Source of the DNA: an uncultured Lachnospiraceae bacterium
GTDB lineage: Bacteria; Bacillota; Clostridia; Christensenellales; UBA1242
Reading direction: 5' to 3'
DNA length: 60,678 bases
Assembly (NCBI GenBank): GCA_964521165.1
Contig: CAZFRA010000004.1
Coordinates: 1 to 60,678 of the forward strand
Below the pieces are notes generated by a model. It was not told the origin of the DNA and made no database searches. It worked only from the letters and a program-made list of their open reading frames with translations. A program made the translations under genes and the position numbers. Positions within the stretch are counted from its first letter, which is position 1; each line of letters starts with the position of its first letter. This document shows, one piece after another, positions 47,936-57,277 of the stretch.

Positions 47936-49588
47936 ATGCTTTCTTCTCTTTTTATTTCCAATCTTGCTCTTATCAAAAATTGTGAGATTGATTTTAAAAA
48001 AGGTTTTAATGTCATTTTGGGACAATCGGGTGCTGGAAAAAGTATTTTGATTGATGCTTTAAGTTTTGTTTTGGGCGCAAAAGCGGATAAAACTTTGATT
48101 CGCAGCAAGGAAAACAATATGCGCGTTGAAGCGGTGTTTGATAATCTTAGCGAAGAAATCAAGAAAACACTCGCATCTCTCGACATTGAGTGCGAAGATG
48201 AACTTATTTTGTCGCGCAATCTCAATGTGGACGGCAAAAGCACAATTCGTGTGAACGGCGTTCCGGTTGTTCTGAAAACTTTGAAAGAAATAACCTTCAA
48301 TCTGATTGACTTTTGCGGTCAACACGACAATGTTGGGTTGATAAATGAAAATAATCACCTTTCATTGCTTGATAAATATATTGGTGATGTTGCGTTTAAA
48401 CTCTTGGCTGAAATAAACACTGAATATGACAACCTAACCGAGATTGAAAGACAAATCAAGTCGTTAGGCGGCGACGAAACGGAAAGGAATCGTTTGAAAG
48501 AAATTCTCGCATTCCAAATTCAAGAAATTGAAAATGCCAACTTAACTATTGGCGAAGAAGAAGAGTTGAAGGAAAGATTCGCCTTTATCTCGTCGAGCGA
48601 AAATATTTGTGAGAAAGTGGGTGGCGCTGTTTCTAAACTTGATGACGGTGTTAGCGCGGTTACAAATAACCTTTTTGAAGCAAAAAATTTACTCTCATCT
48701 TTTTCTAATTTTCAAGATATTGCTGATTGTCAAGAAAGGTTGAATTCTTGCTATTACGAAATCAAAGATGTTGCGGAAATTTTGAATAATATTGTCAAAA
48801 ACACTGACTTTGACGAAACTGAATTAGAGCGAATTGACGTAAGGCTTGATTTGATTAAGAGTTTGAAGAAGAAGTATGGTTCGTCTATCTCGGAAATTCT
48901 CAAATTCCAAGCGGAAACGAGTGAGAGGTTGGATAGTCTTGAAAACAGCGAGTTTGTGATTACAAAATTAAATAAACAAAAAGAAAAGAGTCTTCAAATG
49001 CTTAACGAATTATCCGAAAAACTGTCGGCTGTTCGAAAAGAATACGCCAAAAACCTAGAAGAAAAAATCAAACTTCAACTTGCCGACCTTCAAATGAAAG
49101 GGACAAATTTCAAAGTTCAATTCGATAAAGGCGAGATTGGAAGAAAAGGGTTTGATATTATCAAATTTGTTTTTTCTGCCAACCAAGGTCAAGAGATGAA
49201 AGATTTGTCTAAAACGGCGTCGGGCGGTGAACTTTCACGATTACTTTTGGCGTTTAAGGCTATAATGCTTGATAAGGAGAACGTGGCGACGGTGGTGTTT
49301 GATGAGATAGACTCCGGCATAAGCGGACAGACAGCGGGCAAACTTGCCGAAAAACTCAGCGGCATTGCCAAGTTTGTGCAGGTTATTTGTATCACACACA
49401 CGCCGGTTGTGGCAAGTAAAGGTGACAACTTTATTTTGGTGACCAAAACGGTTAAAGACAACGAAACGGTATCTAACGCACGTGCAATTTCCGGCGAAGA
49501 AGTGGTTGAGCAGATTGCTCGTCTTATCGATGGCGACGAAAACATCTCGCAAACGGCACTTGACCACGCGAGAAAACTGATAAACTAA
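47936..49588 (+). CDS. recN: DNA repair protein RecN
   Basis: Walker A GQSGAGKSIL, signature ASGGELSRLLLA, Walker B VVFDEIDSGISG. ATG at 47936 is preceded by GGAGG; an in-frame ATG at 47924 is also possible. Confidence 0.93.
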   Translation: MLSSLFISNLALIKNCEIDFKKGFNVILGQSGAGKSILIDALSFVLGAKADKTLIRSKENNMRVEAVFDNLSEEIKKTLASLDIECEDELILSRNLNVDGKSTIRVNGVPVVLKTLKEITFNLIDFCGQHDNVGLINENNHLSLLDKYIGDVAFKLLAEINTEYDNLTEIERQIKSLGGDETERNRLKEILAFQIQEIENANLTIGEEEELKERFAFISSSENICEKVGGAVSKLDDGVSAVTNNLFEAKNLLSSFSNFQDIADCQERLNSCYYEIKDVAEILNNIVKNTDFDETELERIDVRLDLIKSLKKKYGSSISEILKFQAETSERLDSLENSEFVITKLNKQKEKSLQMLNELSEKLSAVRKEYAKNLEEKIKLQLADLQMKGTNFKVQFDKGEIGRKGFDIIKFVFSANQGQEMKDLSKTASGGELSRLLLAFKAIMLDKENVATVVFDEIDSGISGQTAGKLAEKLSGIAKFVQVICITHTPVVASKGDNFILVTKTVKDNETVSNARAISGEEVVEQIARLIDGDENISQTALDHARKLIN

Positions 49589-49636
49589 CGAATATTTTGT
49601 CGATTTTTGTTCATCCTATTTTTAGGAGGCAAAAGT

Positions 49637-49852
49637 ATGAAAGAATTTATGACCTTGATTGGTTTTGGTGCTGGACTTATTACAGGCGCACTGTTATATA
49701 AACATTCGCAGGAAGCAAAAAACCTTGTCAACAAAAGCGAAAAAGCGGTACAAAAAGAAATGGAAATGATGAAAGATAAGGTGGAACCAAAAATCAACAA
49801 AGCAAAAAAACAAGTAAAGAAAGGACTAAAGAATGTTGCAGACAAAATTTAA
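49637..49852 (+). CDS. YtxH-like small membrane-associated protein
   Basis: N-terminal helix LIGFGAGLITGALLY followed by a Lys-rich amphipathic region. SD aggagg. Confidence 0.65.
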   Translation: MKEFMTLIGFGAGLITGALLYKHSQEAKNLVNKSEKAVQKEMEMMKDKVEPKINKAKKQVKKGLKNVADKI

Positions 49853-49855
49853 AAC

Positions 49856-49886
49856 AAAAAAGCAAGGTTTTGACCTTGCTTTTTTC
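49856..49886. terminator. Bidirectional terminator shared by the ytxH-like gene and SRP RNA
   Basis: Stem agcaaggt/accttgct, loop tttg, flanked by an A run and a T run. Confidence 0.8.
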
Positions 49887-49890
49887 ATAT

Positions 49891-50158
49891 ACCGAGAGAA
49901 TGCTTCGAGATGACAAGACTGACTGTTTCGATGATGTATGAACTCCACCAAAGCAACCTTATGGCACATCAATAACACTCCTTAATGATGCTTCCGTCAG
50001 GACCTGACATGGTTCGAAGGTATCAATTGCATAAGACCTTGATTTCATCGCCCAGCCACCACGCACATTTTCAACCCTATCACCCCTAAGCAAGCGTTCA
50101 ATCCTGCTATAGCGGATTGCAGGTTACAGGGCACCGCTAACTCCCCATCTATCTCGGT
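49891..50158 (-). ncRNA. ffs: Signal recognition particle RNA, long Bacillus type with an Alu domain
   Basis: The reverse complement contains GGGGAGTTAGCGGTGCCCTGTAACCTGCAATCCGCTATAGCAGG (5' Alu-domain region, as in B. subtilis scRNA) and domain IV CCATGTCAGGTCCTGACGGAAGCA. The termini accgaga/tctcggt pair. Confidence 0.88.
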
Positions 50159-50164
50159 GTGGAT

Positions 50165-50193
50165 ATTTTACTAAACTTATCAAAAAATGTCAA
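50165..50193 (-). promoter_or_regulatory. Sigma A-type promoter of SRP RNA
   Basis: On the minus strand: TTGACA, 17-nt spacer, TAAAAT, ending about 7 nt before the predicted RNA 5' end. Confidence 0.7.
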
Positions 50194-50370
50194 GTAAAAT
50201 ATAAAAATTATCTTACTTTTAGTTTTTAAAAGGCGATAAAAAAGATATTTATAAAGTAAAATTTGCCGTCAAATATTTCAACCGCTCTTGACAAAAAAAG
50301 AGTTATTTCGCACATTGTGCGGGTTTTTATTTTTCTCTTCCTATCATAGTGTTTTTTAAGGAGTGGAAGT

Positions 50371-51273
50371 ATGCTTAATAAAATTTTACCAGAAAAAATT
50401 TGGAGTATTATCGATAGAAAGGTCAATTTAAAGGCAGTGAACGAGATAAGGTTTCGCGTGGACAAGCCTATTATTGTTTGCGTCAGCGGAAAAAACTATT
50501 TTTTGAGCGAAAATGGCGCAACAAGCAATCTCACATCGGCAATTTTTGCCACAAAAATCATTGTGGAAGATATCATCTTTCGCGCAAGCGAGTGTTCAAT
50601 TTATTCTGTTAATGAGCAGATAAAAAGGGGCTTTATTGTCACCGAAAACGGCATAAGGATTGGTATTGGTGGAAATATTGTCGAAGAAAATGGCGTGATA
50701 AAAACAATGACCAACTTTCAGTCTTGCAACATACGCATTCCGCATAATGTCAAAAACTGCTCACTCTCGGCATTTCCATATATAGTTACCGAAAATGGTG
50801 TGGAAAACACTTTGGTTATTTCGCCGGCGGGGTGCGGAAAAACGACCTTTTTGAAAGACTTTGTCAATCAACTTGGTGAAAGGAATTTACCGCTCAATGT
50901 CTTACTTTTGGACGAACGAGGCGAACTTGATTGTAAACTTTCGTCGAACTTTTACGACAAAATTGCCTTTGCCACGAAAAAGGTAGGCTTTGAGAACGGT
51001 ATACGCTCGCTTGCGCCAGACATTATTGTGACCGACGAAGTTGGACAAGAAGAAGATATCGACGCCATTCTTTATGCTTCAACTTCTGGCGTCAAGGTGT
51101 TGGCGACGACGCACGCGGAAAGTCTTGACACTTTTTGTCACAAACCACTTTTTCAAAAACTCATCAAAGAAAAAACTTTTAAAAGGTATGTTCTTTTGTC
51201 CAAGCGCAATGGACCCGGAACTTTTGAAGGGATATATAATGAGAATTTTTCGCGACTTTTTAGCAAATTTTAA
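50371..51273 (+). CDS. spoIIIAA: Stage III sporulation protein AA (ATPase)
   Basis: Walker A SPAGCGKTT; Walker B-like IIVTDEVG. First gene of an 8-gene operon. Confidence 0.9.
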   Translation: MLNKILPEKIWSIIDRKVNLKAVNEIRFRVDKPIIVCVSGKNYFLSENGATSNLTSAIFATKIIVEDIIFRASECSIYSVNEQIKRGFIVTENGIRIGIGGNIVEENGVIKTMTNFQSCNIRIPHNVKNCSLSAFPYIVTENGVENTLVISPAGCGKTTFLKDFVNQLGERNLPLNVLLLDERGELDCKLSSNFYDKIAFATKKVGFENGIRSLAPDIIVTDEVGQEEDIDAILYASTSGVKVLATTHAESLDTFCHKPLFQKLIKEKTFKRYVLLSKRNGPGTFEGIYNENFSRLFSKF

Positions 51274-51285
51274 AAGGAGTGTGAA

Positions 51286-51780
51286 ATGAAGTATCTTTTT
51301 ATCATAATCATTTTTTGCTTGTGCCTTTTTGTTGGATATGTTATCTATTCTAAATATAATAAACGCAAGAAATTTTTTTCAAGTTTAATTCTTCTGGCGG
51401 AGAAACTTTCGGTGGAAATCAATTTCTCGCGCGAAAGATTGAAAATTTTGATGGAAAATTTTGACGAAGGAACACGGAAAAATCTGCTTGGTATCGACGA
51501 GAGTTTTATTGACTATCTCGACAAAAAAAGTGAACTTTCTTCTGAAAATATCTTTAAAAAAGCGTCATGCTTAAAACAAGACGAGAAAGATTTTATCTTA
51601 CTTTTTCTTAAAACACTTGGGAGAAGCGATGTGGAAAATCAAACAAAAGAAATTTCTTCCTTTGTGCAAAGGTTTAATGAGAAAAAGGAAGAAACAGAAA
51701 AAGACCACAAAAAATATGGAGCGCTTTCTATTAAACTTTCGATTGTGGCAGGACTATTTTTTGCTATTTTAATAATTTAG
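51286..51780 (+). CDS. spoIIIAB: Stage III sporulation protein AB
   Basis: Size, N- and C-terminal TM helices, and operon position. Confidence 0.85.
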   Translation: MKYLFIIIIFCLCLFVGYVIYSKYNKRKKFFSSLILLAEKLSVEINFSRERLKILMENFDEGTRKNLLGIDESFIDYLDKKSELSSENIFKKASCLKQDEKDFILLFLKTLGRSDVENQTKEISSFVQRFNEKKEETEKDHKKYGALSIKLSIVAGLFFAILII

Positions 51781-51789
51781 GGAGTTTTT

Positions 51790-51984
51790 ATGGATGTTGA
51801 CATCATATTCAAAATTGCGGCGATTGGAATTTTGACCGCTGTTATAAGTCAAATTCTCAAAAACAGCGGGAAGGAAGACATATCCACATTGGCAACACTT
51901 GCGGGCGTTGTTCTTGTGCTTTTAATGGTGATAAATATGATTTCCGACCTTTTTGAAGCCATTCGAACTATATTCAATTTTTGA
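51790..51984 (+). CDS. spoIIIAC: Stage III sporulation protein AC
   Basis: 64 aa, two TM helices, typical IFKIAAIGILTAVISQILK. Confidence 0.9.
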   Translation: MDVDIIFKIAAIGILTAVISQILKNSGKEDISTLATLAGVVLVLLMVINMISDLFEAIRTIFNF

Positions 51985-51998
51985 AGAAGGGAGTTGTT

Positions 51999-52391
51999 AT
52001 GGACTCGATTTATCGAATTATTGCCATTGCGTTAATAACTTGCATTGCCACGCTTATCGTCAAACCAGTTCGTCCAGATTTCGCCGTTTTCCTTTCAATT
52101 GTCGGTGGAATTATTCTTCTTTTTATGCTCATATCCTATCTCTCCAGCATATTTGATGTGTTCAACGAGATATTTCAAATAACAAATGTCAACTCTTCGC
52201 TCTATGCAATTATTTTCAAAATTATAGGCGTCGGCTACTTGATTGAATTCACTGCTAGCATTTGTAGTGACACGGGTAACCAAAGTTTGGGCGATAAAGT
52301 CCTTCTGGGTGGCAAGATTATCATTCTTGTTATGGCACTGCCAATCATAACAAGTATACTTGAAATTGTTATGGAGTTATTGCCACAATGA
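51999..52391 (+). CDS. spoIIIAD: Stage III sporulation protein AD
   Basis: About 130 aa, polytopic. ATG at 51999 with SD gaaggga. Operon position. Confidence 0.85.
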   Translation: MDSIYRIIAIALITCIATLIVKPVRPDFAVFLSIVGGIILLFMLISYLSSIFDVFNEIFQITNVNSSLYAIIFKIIGVGYLIEFTASICSDTGNQSLGDKVLLGGKIIILVMALPIITSILEIVMELLPQ

Positions 52392-53599
52392 AGAAATGTA
52401 AGCAGATAAACCTTTTTATCGTTTTCATCATTTTTGTTGCTTCTTTTTTTGGCAGTTTCACTTTGGATGGATATGTTCTTAACACGCCATATGTCAGGGC
52501 GGAAAGCGAAGTCGAAGATATCGAACTTGAATTGGAAGAAGAAATTGAAAACCAACTCAACAATTTGGACTTCAGCGATTTGGAAACATATCTTGATAAT
52601 TTGAAAGATAACACCTTCTTTTCTGGTGGATTTGAAGCGAAGGTGGAGAGTTTGATAAATGGTGAATATCTCGAAAGCGAAACTTTTTTGGGTGCGATTT
52701 TATCACTTCTTTGGGATGGGCTTTTGTCGTATTTGCCGATAATTGCCAGCATAATTGCCATTGCCATTTTGGGTGGAATGGTGTCGAATTTAAAACCGCA
52801 GATAAACGGCAAGTCGATTGGAAACATAATTCACTTTGTGACTTATGGCGTGGTGATAGTCTTTGTTGGCGGAATATTAGTTAAACTCATTTCTCTGACA
52901 TCATCCACGCTCACGAGTTTAAAAAATTTAATGGATGCAATTTTTCCGGTCTTACTCACACTTTTGACGGCGGTAGGCGGAACTGTTTCGGTGAGTTTAT
53001 ATCAACCGGCTATTGCAATGCTTGGAAATGTTTTCATCTATCTAATAACTTATTTTCTTATGCCAATTTTCATTTTTACGGTGATATTCTCTATTGTCGG
53101 TAATCTTTCGAACAACGTTAAACTTGATAAGTTTGTCGCATTTTTGCAAGGCACTTTCAAGTGGACAATTGGACTTTTGTTTACCATTTTTCTCGGCTTT
53201 ATCACAATTCAAGGGATATCGGCAAGTGCGGTGGATGGACTTTCAATTCGCACGGCGAAATACACAATTCGAAGTTACATTCCAATCGTTGGTGGATATG
53301 TTTCGGACGGACTTTCGATTGTGCTTGCGTCAAGTATGCTCATCAAAAACGCAGTTGGAACGGCAGGACTTCTTCTCATTCTTTTTGCCATAATTTCGCC
53401 GATACTAAATCTTGTTTTGTTTATGCTGTCGTTGAAGTTTATGGCAGGAATTATCGAGCCTGTTGGCGACAAAAAGATTGCAAATTTTGTGAGTGACATC
53501 TCCAAAAGTATGACAATGCTAATTGCGCTTATTGTTGCCGTGGCGTTTATGTATATGTTAATGACAGGGCTTATAATGTGTAGCGCCAATTTAATATAA
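52388..53599 (+). CDS. spoIIIAE: Stage III sporulation protein AE
   Basis: About 400 aa, signal peptide plus multiple TM helices, operon position. Confidence 0.88.
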   Translation: MKKCKQINLFIVFIIFVASFFGSFTLDGYVLNTPYVRAESEVEDIELELEEEIENQLNNLDFSDLETYLDNLKDNTFFSGGFEAKVESLINGEYLESETFLGAILSLLWDGLLSYLPIIASIIAIAILGGMVSNLKPQINGKSIGNIIHFVTYGVVIVFVGGILVKLISLTSSTLTSLKNLMDAIFPVLLTLLTAVGGTVSVSLYQPAIAMLGNVFIYLITYFLMPIFIFTVIFSIVGNLSNNVKLDKFVAFLQGTFKWTIGLLFTIFLGFITIQGISASAVDGLSIRTAKYTIRSYIPIVGGYVSDGLSIVLASSMLIKNAVGTAGLLLILFAIISPILNLVLFMLSLKFMAGIIEPVGDKKIANFVSDISKSMTMLIALIVAVAFMYMLMTGLIMCSANLI

Positions 53600-53610
53600 G
53601 GGGGTGTGAT

Positions 53611-54087
53611 ATGTCAGAATGGCTTCTTTCGATTGCTGGAATAATTTTGCTATCGGTGCTTTGCGAATTTATTTTGCCAGAAGGTCAGATAAATCGCTAT
53701 ATCCGCGGAATATTTTCCTTTATCACAATTTTTGTTATTATTGCGCCGCTTCCAAGTCTTTTAAATAAAGAAATGGACTTTTCCAATTTTTTGGCGTCGT
53801 ATAAGATTGAACTTCAAGACGATTATCTCTATCAAATCAACCTATCCAAACTCAACGCTGTTCAATCGGATATCATAAACAAAATTAGCGCACAAGGTGT
53901 GGAAAATTTTAAAATAACATATTCTGCGGATGTCGAAAATTTGGAAGTTTATGAAATAACTGTCGATTTACGCGATGTGTCATTTTCTGGAAGTATAAAG
54001 AATACACAAGAGTTAAAGGAGTGTGTGGAAGATTTGGTTTTGAATGTGGCTTACTTTAAAAACGCTTCGATAATCTTTTTGGAATAG
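53611..54087 (+). CDS. spoIIIAF: Stage III sporulation protein AF
   Basis: Two N-terminal TM helices plus a soluble domain; operon position. Confidence 0.82.
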   Translation: MSEWLLSIAGIILLSVLCEFILPEGQINRYIRGIFSFITIFVIIAPLPSLLNKEMDFSNFLASYKIELQDDYLYQINLSKLNAVQSDIINKISAQGVENFKITYSADVENLEVYEITVDLRDVSFSGSIKNTQELKECVEDLVLNVAYFKNASIIFLE

Positions 54088-54099
54088 GAGAGTGAAAAA

Positions 54100-54609
54100 A
54101 TGAAAATGATAAAAGATTTTTTTGAGAAAATAAAGAAGGTTAAACATTTTGAAATATATCTTGCTGTGTTTATCGGTCTTATTGTTTGCGTTTGTTATTT
54201 TGCCTTTTTTGTGGACAAAACTACGGATGACACAATAACTGAAAATTCGACACAAGAATATTCATCCACACAGGAATACGTGGACATTCTTGAGAATAAA
54301 TTAAGTAATGTATTATCAAAAATTTCCGGAGTTGGAGAAGTGAGTGTTTTGATAACGCTTGAGAGTGGCTTTTCTTATGAATACGCCTTTGATACGGAAA
54401 CAATAACATCTGGCACAAACGAAACAACAACGGAAATGTTGGTCATAATTGACGGCGAACCAGTCGTTGTGAAGGAAATCTATCCTGTGATAAAGGGGGT
54501 GGTGATTGTTGCAGAAGGTAGCGAGAATTTTAGCATAAAAATGAATATTTTGGATGCAGTCACAACAATTCTTGGAATTGATGAGAGTAACATAACAATT
54601 CTTTCATAA
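54100..54609 (+). CDS. spoIIIAG: Stage III sporulation protein AG
   Basis: N-terminal TM helix and a ring-building-motif-like C-terminus (VSVLITLESG...IKGVVIVAEG). Confidence 0.85.
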   Translation: MKMIKDFFEKIKKVKHFEIYLAVFIGLIVCVCYFAFFVDKTTDDTITENSTQEYSSTQEYVDILENKLSNVLSKISGVGEVSVLITLESGFSYEYAFDTETITSGTNETTTEMLVIIDGEPVVVKEIYPVIKGVVIVAEGSENFSIKMNILDAVTTILGIDESNITILS

Positions 54610-54627
54610 TTTTAAAAGGAGATTAAA

Positions 54628-55095
54628 ATGAAAAAAAGAACAAAAATTATTATCTTAACTCTTATGATAGTTTTGCTTGGTGTGACAGGTTATCTCAACA
54701 TTGTTTTAAATAACAGCATAACCGAACCAACCACAACAACCACCACAACAACATCATATTTTGTTTCTTATCGTAACGACCGAGAAACCACAAGAGACCA
54801 ACAAATTCTTTACTATGATGCCATAATTGAAAATGAAAATTCTTCGGAAGAAGCAGTGAAGAATGCGGAAGAAGCAAAACTTGCTCTTATTGCTGAAATG
54901 AACGAAGAACTCACAGTTGAAGGGCTTATCAAGGCGCTTGGCTTTACCGATTGCATCGTTTCCATAGGAACAAAGGTGAATGTTGTTGTGGAATGTGAAG
55001 AGTTGACAAAAGCAGAAGTTGCTCAAATTCAAACAATTGTTGTGGAACAACTTGGCGTGGAAGTTAAAAATATTGTGATAATTCCTGTTGTTTAG
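54628..55095 (+). CDS. spoIIIAH: Stage III sporulation protein AH
   Basis: N-terminal TM helix, Thr-rich linker, SpoIIIAH-like C-terminal domain; operon position. Confidence 0.82.
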   Translation: MKKRTKIIILTLMIVLLGVTGYLNIVLNNSITEPTTTTTTTTSYFVSYRNDRETTRDQQILYYDAIIENENSSEEAVKNAEEAKLALIAEMNEELTVEGLIKALGFTDCIVSIGTKVNVVVECEELTKAEVAQIQTIVVEQLGVEVKNIVIIPVV

Positions 55096-55125
55096 TTTAC
55101 AAACTCAATTATTTTATGTTAAAAT
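55096..55125 (+). promoter_or_regulatory. Candidate internal sigma A-type promoter ahead of asp23-nusB-xseAB-proS
   Basis: TTTACA followed by a TGtTAAAAT extended -10. Confidence 0.4.
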
Positions 55126-55147
55126 GATGCTGTAAAAAGGAGTTTTT

Positions 55148-55519
55148 ATGGCAGTTAAGAACGAAGATAACAGAAATAAAGGTAAAATAACGCTGGACAG
55201 GAAGATTCTTGTTTCTATCATAAATTTAGCCGCGAAGGAAATCAATGGTGTGGAAAGTGTTTGTAACAAACATAGACCGTGGTATAAGAAAATGGTGAAG
55301 AAATATGATGACGGCGTGGAAATCAAGTTTGAACAAAATGGTGCGCTCACTGTGGATGTGTATATAAACATATATATCGGTTTCAACGTGCCTGATATTG
55401 CTTATCGCGTGCAAGAAAATATTCGCAATTCACTTGCCACAATGGTAGCACTCAAACCGCTTAAAATCAATGTTCATATTTTGGATGTTGAATGCGATAA
55501 AGAGGTGGCGGATGCGTAG
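55148..55519 (+). CDS. Asp23/Gls24-family (alkaline shock) protein, YqhY-like
   Basis: ITLDRKILVSIINLAAKEINGV; sits before nusB as in Bacillus. Confidence 0.85.
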   Translation: MAVKNEDNRNKGKITLDRKILVSIINLAAKEINGVESVCNKHRPWYKKMVKKYDDGVEIKFEQNGALTVDVYINIYIGFNVPDIAYRVQENIRNSLATMVALKPLKINVHILDVECDKEVADA

Positions 55520-55892
55520 AGAAGCACGAGAAGGTGCCTTCAAACTTATTTTTGAAACTCTTTTTAAGGATGCGGAAGAAGAAACTTTGATTGAAGTGAC
55601 CAGTCCTTTAAAAAAGGAAGCGGACAAGGCTTTTTGCAAAGAAATTTTCGATAAATATTTGAGTCATAAAGAAGAACTTGACGAAGTTATCAAGAAAAAT
55701 TTGACTAATTTTGATTTTGACAGAGTTTATCGCATTGATTTGGCGCTTGTTTATTTGGCACTTGCAGAAATAAAATATCTTGACACTCCAAAACCGGTTG
55801 CTATCGATGAAGTTTTGGAAATTGCAAAAAAATATTCCACTTTTAATAGCAGTAAATTCATAAATGGACTACTTTCGGCAATAATTGAGTAA
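55512..55892 (+). CDS. nusB: Transcription antitermination factor NusB
   Basis: MRREAREGAFKLIFE...; the ATG overlaps the end of the asp23 gene by 8 nt. Confidence 0.9.
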   Translation: MRREAREGAFKLIFETLFKDAEEETLIEVTSPLKKEADKAFCKEIFDKYLSHKEELDEVIKKNLTNFDFDRVYRIDLALVYLALAEIKYLDTPKPVAIDEVLEIAKKYSTFNSSKFINGLLSAIIE

Positions 55893-55898
55893 AGGCGA

Positions 55899-57077
55899 AT
55901 GATAACAACAATAAGCGTAACCAAATTTAATAGTATTGTTAGAGATATATTTAACAACGAAGAACTTCTTCACAGCGTTAATGTTGTTGGAGAAGTTTTT
56001 GGCGTTTCAAGAGCAAAAACAGCAATATATTTTTCGATTAAGGATGAAGAAAGTTCTCTTCCGTGCGTGTGTTTTAACCTTTCGGCGTTTGAAGGTGTGA
56101 AAGAAGGTGATTTGGTCACTCTCTATGGCGGTCCGAATTTTTACACCAAAACTGGACGATTTAACTATGTCGCACATCGAATTGAACCAGCAGGACAAGG
56201 ACTTTTGTATCAACGCTTTGTTGAACTTAAGAATAAACTTGAGAAAGAAGGACTTTTCGACACAGCAGTCAAAAAAGAGTTGCCAAAATCGATAAAAAGA
56301 ATCGGTGTTGTTACTTCCAAAGAAGGCGCGGTAATTCAGGATATAAAAAATGTGGCGTGGCGCAGAGACCCGTCGGTTGAAATTGTGTTATATAACACCA
56401 AAGTGCAAGGGAATGGTGCAGAAAGAGAGATTTGTGCCGGCATCGACTTCTTTTCGAATTACGACAAAGTGGATGTTGTGATTGTGGCGCGTGGTGGCGG
56501 CTCAATGGAAGATTTGTCGGCGTATAATACCGAAATGGTGGCACGGGCGACATATAATTGCCAAAAACCAATTATCTCTGCTGTTGGTCACGAAACCGAC
56601 TTCACGATTATCGATTTTGTCAGTGATTTACGCGCGCCCACACCGAGCGCTGCAGCAGAGTTGGTCACGCAAGACATTTTCAAAGAGAAAGGTGTTTTCA
56701 AAATGCTTATAAGAAAACTTTCTCGCGAGTTGATGCTAAAAATTAGCGATAAAACGGAAGGATTTCAAGGCACAATCGCATACTTAATCACCAAAATGGA
56801 AGATTTTATCAGCGAAAGGGAGTTTAAACTTAAAGAAAATACCGAAAGACTCTCACTTCAAATCGAAAAATTACTGGACAACGAAAAACATAAACTAGAA
56901 CTTAAAGAAAACATTTTGAAACGAATTGACCCGCGAGAAATTTTAAAACGCGGCTATGCAAAAATCGAGCAAAATGGAAAAAATATTGATAAAGCGGAAG
57001 AAGTTGTTTTAAATGAGAAACTGACAATCAACTTCATTGATGGAAAAATTATTGCAAAAAGCGAGGAAAGAATATGA
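55899..57077 (+). CDS. xseA: Exodeoxyribonuclease VII large subunit
   Basis: N-terminal OB fold (VGEVFGVS) and catalytic region IIVARGGGSMEDL, ISAVGHETDFTI. Confidence 0.93.
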   Translation: MITTISVTKFNSIVRDIFNNEELLHSVNVVGEVFGVSRAKTAIYFSIKDEESSLPCVCFNLSAFEGVKEGDLVTLYGGPNFYTKTGRFNYVAHRIEPAGQGLLYQRFVELKNKLEKEGLFDTAVKKELPKSIKRIGVVTSKEGAVIQDIKNVAWRRDPSVEIVLYNTKVQGNGAEREICAGIDFFSNYDKVDVVIVARGGGSMEDLSAYNTEMVARATYNCQKPIISAVGHETDFTIIDFVSDLRAPTPSAAAELVTQDIFKEKGVFKMLIRKLSRELMLKISDKTEGFQGTIAYLITKMEDFISEREFKLKENTERLSLQIEKLLDNEKHKLELKENILKRIDPREILKRGYAKIEQNGKNIDKAEEVVLNEKLTINFIDGKIIAKSEERI

Positions 57078-57277
57078 ACTATGAAGATTCGATAAAGGAA
57101 TTGGAAGAAATTACAAACAAATTGGAAAATGAGAAGTTGTCGCTTAGCGAAAGCGAAAAATTGTTTGACAGGGCAATTATTCTTGCTGAGTTTTGTCAAA
57201 AAGAACTTTCAAAAACTTCCAAAAAATTGTTTGAAATAAAGAAAGAATTTGATAAAATTGTCGAGGAGGAAGTATGA
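57074..57277 (+). CDS. xseB: Exodeoxyribonuclease VII small subunit
   Basis: 67 aa, SIKELEEITNKLENEKLSLSES. ATGA overlaps at both ends. Confidence 0.9.
   Translation: MNYEDSIKELEEITNKLENEKLSLSESEKLFDRAIILAEFCQKELSKTSKKLFEIKKEFDKIVEEEV

Noticed and set aside
49870-50170. Alternative identities for the GC-richer non-coding block (6S RNA, tmRNA, RNase P RNA)
   Set aside because: The reverse complement carries the SRP domain IV motif GTCAGGTCC..GGAAGCA and the Bacillus-type Alu-domain 5' sequence. Length and terminal pairing also fit SRP RNA.
50281-50370. Sigma E-type promoter for spoIIIAA (CATAGTGT at 50345-50352)
   Set aside because: It is only a partial match to the -10 consensus and has no convincing -35 element at the required spacing, so it is not reported as a feature.
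52369-52827. 152-aa minus-strand ORF
   Set aside because: It lies antisense to the start of spoIIIAE, inside a tightly packed operon.
54715-54750. Poly-Thr tract (TEPTTTTTTTTS) in SpoIIIAH as a slippage-prone repeat
   Set aside because: It is encoded by mixed ACC/ACA codons, not a homopolymer or perfect microsatellite. It is most simply a flexible linker.
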